A DNA stretch of 64,000 nt from positions 118,720-182,719 of the IMG/VR virus record IMGVR_UViG_3300036768_001490, one strand, 5' to 3'. Shown piece by piece: positions 21,006 to 29,349 of the stretch. The stretch is from a virus. The notes under the pieces were generated by a model. That model was not told where the DNA came from. It was given only the letters and a program-made list of their open reading frames with translations, and searched no databases. The translations under genes and the position numbers were made by a program. How positions within the stretch are numbered: the stretch's first letter is position 1; each line of letters starts with the position of its first letter.

Positions 21006-21164
21006 TTAGGAGGCGACAACGGTCTTGTACTTCCTGTACTTATTCTCCCTCTTTTTCATCCTCTTCCCTCTCCCCTCATTCCACAGATTCTTCTTCCTCT
21101 TCTTCTTCTTCTCATCATGGAGGACAACGATCTCGTCCTCCCAGAACCGGCTACTGATCTTCAT
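21006..21164 (-). CDS. Small Lys/Arg-rich protein (52 aa)
   Basis: RBS TAAGGAGG before MKISSRFWEDEIVVLHDEKKKKRKKNLW...; AT-rich compared with the genome. Confidence 0.55.
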   Translation of the reverse strand: MKISSRFWEDEIVVLHDEKKKKRKKNLWNEGRGKRMKKRENKYRKYKTVVAS

Positions 21165-21321
21165 GGATCTTCCCTCCTTAAGGAACACTTGCTCACCGCC
21201 GTACCGCACGGCGGACTGAGCCAACACCCCGCACGAGCCCCCAAGGCCGGCAGGGTAGATAGCCAAAACTGATAGGGGATCCGACCCCAGCATATCTTAT
21301 GACGCGAAACAGAGTAGTTAT

Positions 21322-21423
21322 TTAGTCAGACGTGACGCCGTCCGGATCGCCGTCTTCCTCACCCTCCTCGTCTGTATCTCCTCCCTCGTCTTCTCCGACC
21401 GCCAGGCCAGCGCGCGACTTCAT
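21322..21423 (-). pseudogene. 33-aa acidic mini-ORF; duplicate of the 3' end of gene 23450-24142
   Basis: MKSRAGLAVGEDEGGDTDEEGEEDGDPDGVTSD versus ...VGDDEGGDTDEEGEEGGDPDIDTSDQ; nucleotide similarity runs through the stop into TAACTAC. Confidence 0.6.
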
Positions 21424-21459
21424 CACGCGCTGAGCATCCGCTCGTTCTCTAACGAAAAA

Positions 21460-21495
21460 CAGAAAATGCCGGACTTCGGAGTCCGGCATTTTCTG
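21460..21495 (-). terminator. Intrinsic terminator, copy 3 (loop inverted)
   Basis: CAGAAAATGCCGGACT/AGTCCGGCATTTTCTG, loop TCGG (reverse complement of CCGA). Confidence 0.85.
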
Positions 21496-21582
21496 ACAGA
21501 GAAGACTACTACTATCTACCTCGGATCTCCTTCTGCGGTAGGCAGAGTTCTGACAAGTTTGCCCATCTTGTAGAACTCTACC

Positions 21583-23175
21583 CTACCGTCGTTGTCCAAC
21601 TTCAGTTCCGTTTCGGTATGTCCTCACCTTCCCAGTGCATGATACCCACCTTCCGTGGGGGAGTCCGTCGATGTAGCGCTCAACAGAGCCTCCGGGCGAC
21701 ACCCAGAGTCCATGCATCTTTCCCATCCTGTAGCACTTCTGCTCTTCAGGGTATGACCACCGTCCGTGCCACTCACCGTCGCGGTAGTGGCCGACGACGC
21801 CACGTCCCCATATCCAGCGTCCGTGCCGGAGGCCGCTTCTGTAGCGGCCAAAACTGTCCCCGAAGTTCTTCATCCAGCTTCCATGCCGCTTGCCGCCGCA
21901 AACGGCACCGAAGCTGAAGCTGGCGGCCACCGCAAGGAACCTCTTCCGCTTCCGTGCCTTGCGGACCTGGCAATCCGGGTAACGACCACGGACAGCCTCA
22001 AGGAGTTCGTCCGGAGACTCTGGCCGAAGGACGATTTCCCGGATCTCCAACTCCTCTGCGCTAAGGCAGAACTTTCCTTCTATCCTGACCCGGCCGCTGG
22101 TCAGGCAGTGAGCAACTACTATTTCCTGTCCCCCCTTGTCCAACTCCTCCCTGAAAGGGACTGCGCTGGGAAGATACCAGCAGGACCGCAATAATCTGGA
22201 CCTGAAGTAATTCTTCACTCCGCCGTTAACGGAGTCGGAGTGGCTCTTGGCAACCACGCGGTTGCCAGTGGTAGTAGTTATCGTTACATCATCATCGTCA
22301 TATATCGTGGGCGAAAGGGTTCCATCCCTTTCAACCAGGAAGATCCGGGTGCAACGTATCCTCCCACCGCTTTCCTCCATCCCAGGGGGGATAATAGTGT
22401 CATCATGAGAAGATCTACCACTACCGCCTGAAGGCGGCGGAGGGATAACATCCATCATCTCTCCGCACACGTATATCTCAGACCTGCCGTCTGGCCATAG
22501 CCAGACACCATGTTCCTTACCATAACGGTAGTGGCCGACAAGGCCACTCGGCCACTTCCAGCGTCCGTGACGGATGCCTTCGAAGTAGGTCTCCTGGCTC
22601 CCGTCAGGATGTTTCCAGCGTCCGTGCATCAGGCCGTAGCGGTAGTAGCCGATGCTGCCCTCGGAGAACACCCAGCGCCCATGCCGCGTAGTGCCGCCAT
22701 TCACTGTCATCCCGTAGGTGCCATTGTCCATGAGCACCATCATCCGATTACGCTCCATTGCCCTGCGGACCCGACAAGCCGGGTACCGCAGCCGTACAGC
22801 CTCCAGGAGTTCGTCCGTCACGTCGGGGTGAAGGACTATCTTCCTCACCTCCATCACCTCGGCCCGCAGACCAAGGTCTCCGACCCTGACCCGGCCCCAG
22901 GCCAGGCAGTGCATGACGGCATGGACTGGGTTCTCGGGCACCGCCTTGGGAAGGTACCAGACAGCATGAAACCCTGCCTCATCTCGCAATTCACCTCCGT
23001 CAGAGAACCGTTCTGTCACCATTCGGTGACTATCCCAACTGGTCCCCTGGTGTGGAGAGACCAGAGTTCCGTCCCAGCTCACCCGGCAAACGCGAGTGCA
23101 GCGAAGACGGCCATCCTTGGACCTCATTCCATCAGGGATTACAAGAGAGTCATAGTTGTTGTCCTTCTTGGCCAT
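21583..23175 (-). CDS. Paralogue C: two units of [N-domain + MORN-like repeats] with a frameshifted C-terminus
   Basis: Start MAKKDNNYDSL after GGAGGTGG; collinear with paralogue A; the family-type ending DGRVEFYKMGKLVRTLP lies in the +1 frame (to 21516). Confidence 0.8.
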   Translation of the reverse strand: MAKKDNNYDSLVIPDGMRSKDGRLRCTRVCRVSWDGTLVSPHQGTSWDSHRMVTERFSDGGELRDEAGFHAVWYLPKAVPENPVHAVMHCLAWGRVRVGDLGLRAEVMEVRKIVLHPDVTDELLEAVRLRYPACRVRRAMERNRMMVLMDNGTYGMTVNGGTTRHGRWVFSEGSIGYYRYGLMHGRWKHPDGSQETYFEGIRHGRWKWPSGLVGHYRYGKEHGVWLWPDGRSEIYVCGEMMDVIPPPPSGGSGRSSHDDTIIPPGMEESGGRIRCTRIFLVERDGTLSPTIYDDDDVTITTTTGNRVVAKSHSDSVNGGVKNYFRSRLLRSCWYLPSAVPFREELDKGGQEIVVAHCLTSGRVRIEGKFCLSAEELEIREIVLRPESPDELLEAVRGRYPDCQVRKARKRKRFLAVAASFSFGAVCGGKRHGSWMKNFGDSFGRYRSGLRHGRWIWGRGVVGHYRDGEWHGRWSYPEEQKCYRMGKMHGLWVSPGGSVERYIDGLPHGRWVSCTGKVRTYRNGTEVGQRR

Positions 23176-23200
23176 AGTCCACCCACCTCCGCCGGGAAAG

Positions 23201-23434
23201 CAGCTGGCTTGATAGAATTTTGACCGGATTGCTACCACCACTCGTCCCAGCTGGACCATCTCCATGCTACCAGCCAGGAGCATGATAACAACCACGGCTC
23301 CGCCGTGGTGCCTGCCATAAAAACACCACCAGGAAGATCAGCCCTACCACGAGTGGATCTTCCTGGTGGCGGTTGAACGATAAAAAGATAGCACTTCTCT
23401 GCGTCCAGGGATCGTACGATTCCCTGGACGCAGA
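23201..23434 (-). repeat. Conserved structured leader, copy 3, with upstream hairpin
   Basis: Leader core with 2-nt and 4-nt indels; TCTGCGTCCAGGGA-tcgtacgat-TCCCTGGACGCAGA (23398-23434). Confidence 0.9.
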
Positions 23435-23449
23435 TGTTGTTAAGCGTAG

Positions 23450-24142
23450 TTATTGGTCAGACGTGTCGATGTCCGGGTCGCCGCCTTCCTCACCCTCCTC
23501 GTCTGTATCGCCTCCCTCGTCGTCCCCGACCAGGGTGACGCCGCCCGGCGAGGGAACAGGAGGCGTCCCCTGCCCCTCCAGACGAGAAGTGACGATCCTC
23601 GTGTCCGACAACTCCGGCGGACCCAGGAAGCCGTCTTCCTGCACGCCCAGCGTGTCCAGCACGTCCTGCAAGGGCACGGCCCGGATCGGACCGCCCTCGT
23701 ACAGGGGGACCGTGATGGCCCTGACACCGTCTGGCAAGGCCAGGTAACGCTGGGGCCCCCGCGTGAAGGGCAAAGGGATGCCAAAGAAGGCCCAGGCAAC
23801 CACGTCCTCCCCCTCCAGCTGGCCCAGGCGACGGACCAGGTCTTCCAGAGAGTGGAACTGGCGCAGCAACGGCCAGTCGCCGTCCGGTGCCTCCACCAGG
23901 CAGGGGCGGGCCAGCCGCGCGTCCGCCTGCTGGTAAGAGGGCGGCGAGGCAGCCATCCCGTCCAGGGCCTCCCGCGCGGCGCGCGTCAGACCCGCGCGCA
24001 GGGAAAGGAACTCCGCCTCATGCGCGTCCTGGACCGGGGCCGGAACAGGCAGCCGGGAAGTCGGCTCCAGGGCCTTCCGCGCCGCCCGGCTCAGACCACT
24101 CGCCCATTCCGACCATGCCGGCGGCGGAACTTCCTTCCTCAT
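23450..24142 (-). CDS. Hypothetical protein with an acidic tail (230 aa)
   Basis: ORF; RBS GAGGAGG; globular middle and Asp/Glu-rich end. Confidence 0.7.
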   Translation of the reverse strand: MRKEVPPPAWSEWASGLSRAARKALEPTSRLPVPAPVQDAHEAEFLSLRAGLTRAAREALDGMAASPPSYQQADARLARPCLVEAPDGDWPLLRQFHSLEDLVRRLGQLEGEDVVAWAFFGIPLPFTRGPQRYLALPDGVRAITVPLYEGGPIRAVPLQDVLDTLGVQEDGFLGPPELSDTRIVTSRLEGQGTPPVPSPGGVTLVGDDEGGDTDEEGEEGGDPDIDTSDQ

Positions 24143-24449
24143 CGTCCTCCTCCTCTTCGTCCTCCCCTTCGTCTGCTGCCGCTGCTGCTGCTGCTGCCAC
24201 CCTCGGAGCGACGGCGCTTGCCTGAACCTTTCTCTTCCTTACCCGGCCCGTAGCGGGCGACAGCACCAGGGTGAACAGGTCCGTGGTGGCGCCACTCTCG
24301 TCCGTCACGCAGCCGTAGGCCAGCACCGGCCAGGAGGCACGGTCAGCAAACAGGGGCACCAGCTCGATGCCGCTGACATGGCCCTCACTGTCCGTTGCCA
24401 GGTGGAACTCCGCCGTCGGACTGATCTCTAGCCGGAGCCTCACGTCCAT
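24018..24449 (-). CDS. Hypothetical protein with a poly-Ala/acidic segment
   Basis: AAGGAGG directly before M/V-RLRLEISP; overlaps neighbours at both ends. Confidence 0.6.
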   Translation of the reverse strand: MDVRLRLEISPTAEFHLATDSEGHVSGIELVPLFADRASWPVLAYGCVTDESGATTDLFTLVLSPATGRVRKRKVQASAVAPRVAAAAAAAADEGEDEEEEDDEEGSSAAGMVGMGEWSEPGGAEGPGADFPAACSGPGPGRA

Positions 24450-25128
24450 CCTCCTTCTGCCGCGCCAGCCGGTAGTCGCGCCGCGCAATGCACGGATTGT
24501 CGCCGGCGAACAGGGCCCGCGCCGACGCCCGGATCTCGCCGTCCGCCTCCAACCGGACCAGCCGGGGCAGTTCCGCCGGCGACCGGCCCGTCTGGCGGAA
24601 TGCGACGCGGCCAGCGCTACCGTTGATACCAAAAGCGTATATGTCCAACCAGGGTAAACCGTCGTGGTAGACGCCCTTCCTCTCCAGGGCCAGAGGATCG
24701 ACCACGGACAGCTTCTGCTCGCCGTAGCACAGGATGACCCGGTTCCGCGACAGGGCCAGCGTCAACGAAATCAGGAACGTGCTAAGTGGCTCGTAGTCGG
24801 CGGGACGGCAGGCCCACAGAACATGGTTCCAGTCAGCGTCCCCGTCCGGCAGCTCCAGGCCGCGAAAGATGGGATGGGCGAAGCGGCGGTGGTACAGCGG
24901 CACTTCCCGGCCCAGCTCCCGCATCAGGTCGATGAGGATTGCGTCGGCGAAGCAGCCGTAAAGATAAAGCACGGCCGGCGTGAAGAAAGTATACTCCGCC
25001 GTCATGGCCAGCAGGGACTCGGCCTGGCCAACCTGCAGCGGCAGCTTGCGGACGATGCCGCGCGCGTCCACGACTGGGCCCGTCCTGTGTCCTGTCCCCG
25101 CCGGCGGGGGACCGTCCCATCCAGACAT
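24385..25128 (-). CDS. Hypothetical protein (247 aa)
   Basis: ORF with RBS-like AAGAGG; collinear with the operon. Confidence 0.65.
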   Translation of the reverse strand: MSGWDGPPPAGTGHRTGPVVDARGIVRKLPLQVGQAESLLAMTAEYTFFTPAVLYLYGCFADAILIDLMRELGREVPLYHRRFAHPIFRGLELPDGDADWNHVLWACRPADYEPLSTFLISLTLALSRNRVILCYGEQKLSVVDPLALERKGVYHDGLPWLDIYAFGINGSAGRVAFRQTGRSPAELPRLVRLEADGEIRASARALFAGDNPCIARRDYRLARQKEDGREAPARDQSDGGVPPGNGQ

Positions 25129-25143
25129 ACCCGGCTCGACCTC

Positions 25144-25812
25144 TTACTCACTCAGGAACCCCAGCTGGGCCGCCAACTCCAGGGACAGCCTGGCGTCCCG
25201 TTCGGGCTGGACGTGCGGCCCATGCCAGCCGTCCAACAGAGCGTCCCACTTGGCCGCGTCCTCCGGGTCCAAGGGACGGCGGCACTTGAGAACGACCGGC
25301 AAGGTCAAGCTCTTCTCAAAGTCCCTGGGCAGGACCGCCTCCAGGATGTCCCGGTGGTCGCTGTTACCATACCACATCCTCGGCGGGCACGGCTTGCCGA
25401 CACGGGGCAAGCTGCACTCGATGCCCAGCATCTTGAGGAACAGCCGAGGGTTGAACCCGATGAAAACAACGGTCGGCCGCCGGACGTCGTGCGTGTCCCA
25501 GGTCCAGGCATCCGGATAGGCGCTCAGCAGGTAGTCCCGCACCCGCACGCTCACCGGGGGCTTGCTGCCGTCCGCCGCGTGCAGGTACTGGAGCGGCCGC
25601 CGGTTCTTCCCGTCGATCAGGAACACCTCGTCGAAGGTGCCCGTGTAGGGCTGGTCCCTGGCCACGGCGGCAAAGTGGGCCTGCTTCTTCTCCAGGTCAG
25701 CCCGTATCAGTTCCGGGTCGCGCAGGTTCCTCGACGGCTCGAACGCGGGCGTCAGTTCCTGCAGATTGTCCACGGGGCGAGTACGGAACCCGACAAAGAC
25801 CTTCAGCGTCAT
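25144..25812 (-). CDS. PolB-type 3'-5' exonuclease-like protein, probably inactive
   Basis: Pattern KVFVGFRTRP...PYTG...VVFIGFNPRLFL...HRDI follows the Exo I/II layout but lacks the D-x-E and D acids; ATGA overlap. Confidence 0.5.
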   Translation of the reverse strand: MTLKVFVGFRTRPVDNLQELTPAFEPSRNLRDPELIRADLEKKQAHFAAVARDQPYTGTFDEVFLIDGKNRRPLQYLHAADGSKPPVSVRVRDYLLSAYPDAWTWDTHDVRRPTVVFIGFNPRLFLKMLGIECSLPRVGKPCPPRMWYGNSDHRDILEAVLPRDFEKSLTLPVVLKCRRPLDPEDAAKWDALLDGWHGPHVQPERDARLSLELAAQLGFLSE

Positions 25813-26915
25813 TCCACCTTCCCTCCCGGCAGGATGACCTTCCTGCCGTACGAGCGCAAGGACTCCTCGTCCACGTCCAGGGTGGCCGAGTTTCCTACCA
25901 GCACGCGACACTGGCCCTTCTCCGGGCGGAGCACATGCACGGGCCGCAGATAAGTGAAGGTGCGCAGCTGCTCATATTCCGGCGCAGTGATGTCTACCGG
26001 GCCGTCGTCTTCCAGCAAGACCCCTCCCACCAGGGCAGCGCCCACCTCGTCGCACCAGCGGCGCACGTGGCGGTGGGCATCGCCCGCGCGCGCCGGGCCG
26101 GGCCGGCCAACAAAGCCCGTGGTGTTGGCCCAGGCCAGGTCGTCCACAACCACCAGGTCCGGCGGCGACGTCAGCTGGTCCTCCAGGTGCTCGGCCAGGG
26201 ACCGCTCCAACTGACGCCAGGAATTGGCAAATCCGTGCCAGGCCGTGCCGCCAACCCGCACCAGCCGGTCCCGCGCTCCGTCCCGCCCCGGCGCCGTAGT
26301 CAGAAAGCGGACCACCCAGCACGGCGGCCCATGGGTCGCGGACAGCACATGGTTGCACAGGCGGTCCAGCAGCCACAGGACCGCAGGGCGGTAGCCTACC
26401 AGCACCAGGCTGCGCTCCCGCGCCAGCGTGGGACCGTCCGCGCCCAGCGAGTGGGAAAAGCCGATGTCCAGCGGCCGGGCCCGCCTCTCCTTCTCCTGCC
26501 GCTGCTGCTCCGCCCGCGCCTCTTCCTCCTCGGCCGCAGCGTGCTGGTCGATGACGTCCGCCAGCCACGGCAGGACAGAGCGGAACATGGATTGCCACCA
26601 GTCATGCTCCGTGAACGGCTTGCTGGCCTCCCACATGGCGTACTGGATCAGGAAGTCCTCGACCAGGGGCATGGGCTCGCCCCGTTCCTCGTAGCCGGAA
26701 CGCAGCCCGTCGCACAGCCGTTGTAGCTCCCGGTAAGCGATGGCATATCCCTGTCTCATGCTGACCAGGGCTGCCGTCAGGGAACGCCATTCGGGCCGTT
26801 GCATCAGTTCCGCCGCCAGCCGGCCAGCGGCCTGGATGGACCGCTGGTCCGGACTCAGACCAGAGGAAGAATCCGTGCCGGACGCTTCCGCCTGCTCCGT
26901 GACTGCCTCGTCCAT
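25809..26915 (-). CDS. Hypothetical protein; C-terminal half resembles a degenerate RecA-fold ATPase
   Basis: SLVLVGYRPAV (no GKT) and PDLVVVDDL (Walker B-like); RBS GGGGAGG. Confidence 0.55.
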   Translation of the reverse strand: MDEAVTEQAEASGTDSSSGLSPDQRSIQAAGRLAAELMQRPEWRSLTAALVSMRQGYAIAYRELQRLCDGLRSGYEERGEPMPLVEDFLIQYAMWEASKPFTEHDWWQSMFRSVLPWLADVIDQHAAAEEEEARAEQQRQEKERRARPLDIGFSHSLGADGPTLARERSLVLVGYRPAVLWLLDRLCNHVLSATHGPPCWVVRFLTTAPGRDGARDRLVRVGGTAWHGFANSWRQLERSLAEHLEDQLTSPPDLVVVDDLAWANTTGFVGRPGPARAGDAHRHVRRWCDEVGAALVGGVLLEDDGPVDITAPEYEQLRTFTYLRPVHVLRPEKGQCRVLVGNSATLDVDEESLRSYGRKVILPGGKVE

Positions 26916-26934
26916 GTCGTCCTCCCCGGAAACC

Positions 26935-26948
26935 AAAATCCGTTTTTT
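26935..26948 (-). promoter_or_regulatory. Recurrent AT-rich motif AAAAAACGNWTTTT; candidate phage promoter or operator
   Basis: Identical 14-mer at 42403 and one-mismatch copy at 59547; 19 nt upstream of an ATG. Confidence 0.5.
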
Positions 26949-27005
26949 AGGTCCAGCAGCACCCCAACCGCTGGAACAGCACGTTCCGGCACTTTCTTTT
27001 AGCTA

Positions 27006-27644
27006 TCAGCAGCTACGCTTCTCGCGCTGGCGGCGGACGTACTCCGCCAGCAGCAGGGCCTCGGCCCGACCGTGGTCCTTCTTGCGCATAAGGCCCGCGC
27101 TGGGAAAGAGGGACATGGCCTTGAGCCGGCTCGCCTCCTTGTCCTTGCCCAGCAGGCCCAGGCTGCGCTTCCACACGTTCGGCCGCACGTCCTCGACGGC
27201 GTAACCCTTGGCGTACAAAAACAGGGGCCACAGGCCCCAGGAGCGGTTCAGCACCGCCTCGGCATAGCGCCGACCGGGGCCCAGACTGCGCGGCACCTCC
27301 TCCAGCCCCACCGCCACGACCCTGGAGCGGGCCGGCTCCAGGGCCTGGAAAATGTCGCAAATGAGGCCGAAGTTGTACATGGTCGTCGAGCCATGGACCG
27401 TCCGCGTCTTGTGGCCCGTCTCCGCCTGCTCCTGGGCGCTGACGGCCCGGGAGCGCCGGACAGAAACCACGATGACAGGGATGTCCACCACGGCGCAGCT
27501 GTTCCCGCACAGGAAGCCGATGGCCCCCTGGGCGCCCGGGTCGATGCCGATGTAGACGCCGGCGCCGTCCGTCCTGGCCTGCACCTCCTCCACGAAATGT
27601 CGGACCACTTCCTCCGGCCCCGCCGCTACCTTACCGTCCGTCAT
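27006..27644 (-). CDS. RuvC-like Holliday junction resolvase
   Basis: YIGIDPGAQGAIG, LEEV, VRPNVWK, DKEASR, KDHGRAEALLLA. Confidence 0.88.
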   Translation of the reverse strand: MTDGKVAAGPEEVVRHFVEEVQARTDGAGVYIGIDPGAQGAIGFLCGNSCAVVDIPVIVVSVRRSRAVSAQEQAETGHKTRTVHGSTTMYNFGLICDIFQALEPARSRVVAVGLEEVPRSLGPGRRYAEAVLNRSWGLWPLFLYAKGYAVEDVRPNVWKRSLGLLGKDKEASRLKAMSLFPSAGLMRKKDHGRAEALLLAEYVRRQREKRSC

Positions 27645-27712
27645 GTCCTTTCTCCTCCACCTAGACCAGGCACACTGCTAGAGACGATACCTACCCAGAA
27701 AGACAGGCACGG

Positions 27713-28639
27713 CTAGCTGTTCCGCTGTCCACGCAACCGGGACGGGAGCCCTCCGGCCACCGGGGGAGAGTCCGCGCCGGGTTCCTCTCCCTCCATGCCG
27801 CCGTCCAGGGATTCCGGCAGTGGTCCCGCCACGGCCGTTGCCGGCAAGGGCAAGGGGGCGCCAGGCAGAAGGAGCGCCCGGTACTCTTCCATCAGCAGCC
27901 GGCAGCACAGCGCGTCGGTCAGGGCACTGTGCATCTCCTGCCGCGCGATGCCATGCTTCTCCCCGAAGCGGTACTTCTGGTAGCAGTGCCGGTCCAGGTT
28001 GGAACGCACGCCAGGCGAGCGCGCCTGCTGCACCCTCTGGAAGTAACTCCGCAGCGTGTCCCCCGGCAACGGATGCACCCTCCTGTCACCAACCAGCTGG
28101 TTCGCCTTCTCGATGGCCGCCGTGTCGAAGAAGCCGTTGTCGTCATAGCGGAAGCCGTCCGCGATGCAGAAGCCGGCAAAATTGCCGTCCAGCATCTGCT
28201 CGTCGAAGGACGCATGGTGCGCTACGAAGGGAATGCCGGCTTCCCGCACGCGGGCGAGCACGTCCCGGATAAAGGACAGGGCCTCCTCGGGACGGCGTCC
28301 CTCCGCCTGCATCCGCTCGTACGACATGGAGAAGGTTCCGCCCGCCAGCTCTATCTGCCGCTGCGCCGTCTTCAGCCTGCCGCGCAGCCAGTCATCCGGG
28401 ACGGTCTTGTGCCGGGTCCAGTCCAGGACCAGCGTGACCTGCTCCTGGACCTCGCCGTCGCGCACCAGGCAATGGCCCCATTCCGTGATGACGTCCAGGC
28501 CCGGGTCGAGGCCGGTCGTCTCCACGTCAATGGCGCAGTAATCCACCGGCCAGCTGCCGCCGTACAGGGCGCGGAACCACTCCGGCCAGTAGTTGACGAT
28601 GCAGTCAGGCAGGCCCGTGACGCCGTCAGGTGTCTTCAT
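27713..28639 (-). CDS. DEDDh 3'-5' exonuclease (DnaQ-like)
   Basis: IDVETTGLD, VAHHASFDEQML, FFDT, MHSALTDA. Confidence 0.88.
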   Translation of the reverse strand: MKTPDGVTGLPDCIVNYWPEWFRALYGGSWPVDYCAIDVETTGLDPGLDVITEWGHCLVRDGEVQEQVTLVLDWTRHKTVPDDWLRGRLKTAQRQIELAGGTFSMSYERMQAEGRRPEEALSFIRDVLARVREAGIPFVAHHASFDEQMLDGNFAGFCIADGFRYDDNGFFDTAAIEKANQLVGDRRVHPLPGDTLRSYFQRVQQARSPGVRSNLDRHCYQKYRFGEKHGIARQEMHSALTDALCCRLLMEEYRALLLPGAPLPLPATAVAGPLPESLDGGMEGEEPGADSPPVAGGLPSRLRGQRNS

Positions 28640-29261
28640 AGGAGTTGCTGTCCCACAGGGCCCGCCAGGCAAGACGGCAACGGCGCCAGAAATGGTAAAG
28701 ACGCCGGCGCCAGCGCGGCAGGACCATCAGCTTGGCACAGCGCATGCCGTACCAGCGCAGGCGACGGTAATGCAGGGCCGGTCCCTTGCCATTGATAGTG
28801 GCCTCGCGTACGCCTGCCCAGTGGTAGCCGAGCACCACCGTGCCCAGATAGGCAGCGACCACGACCCGGGCATACGGGTCCGCGTCCAGAAAGCCGCAGC
28901 GGGCCATGCCTCCTGCCATCGACTCCTTGGGGTCGTCCGCCTGGGTGGCGATGAAGCGGCACAGGCTCTGGCAGCAACGCCCCACCTCCTCGTCGCTCAC
29001 CTTCTTCTCCCGCAGCAGTTCCTGGAGCGTGTCCCACGTCCCGTCCTCGCACCGCCGGGCGACCTCCTGGATCACCTGGCCGAAGTTGTGCGCCACGTCC
29101 CGGCTGACGTTGTACAGGCGGGGGTCGTGCGGGCTCATCCTGGCGTTGAGCGTCAAGGTCCACTCCTCCTGGTCTTCCAGACCATGCCGGCACAGGCAGA
29201 AGAGGACACGGGCCTGGCCGGCGCAGGCGGCATGGTACACCTTCCCGCGGCGCCTGTCCAC
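28626..29261 (-). CDS. Hypothetical protein (211 aa)
   Basis: ORF collinear with the operon; start uncertain. Confidence 0.6.
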   Translation of the reverse strand: MDRRRGKVYHAACAGQARVLFCLCRHGLEDQEEWTLTLNARMSPHDPRLYNVSRDVAHNFGQVIQEVARRCEDGTWDTLQELLREKKVSDEEVGRCCQSLCRFIATQADDPKESMAGGMARCGFLDADPYARVVVAAYLGTVVLGYHWAGVREATINGKGPALHYRRLRWYGMRCAKLMVLPRWRRRLYHFWRRCRLAWRALWDSNSYEDT

Positions 29262-29301
29262 AGAGGAAGCGCACCCGCTATCCGCAGTCAGGACAACGAA
29301 A

Positions 29302-29330
29302 GGCCCCTGGCCATGTTCCGGCCAGGGGCC
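29302..29330 (-). terminator. Intrinsic terminator
   Basis: GGCCCCTGGCC/GGCCAGGGGCC 11-bp stem followed on the minus strand by TTTCGTTGT. Confidence 0.75.
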
Positions 29331-29349
29331 CGCGCCGCTCCCGCGCGCC

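Noticed and set aside
19750-23369. CCA-rich leader as a TIGR array
   Set aside because: CCA spacing is irregular and does not follow a CCA-N9-TG period on either strand
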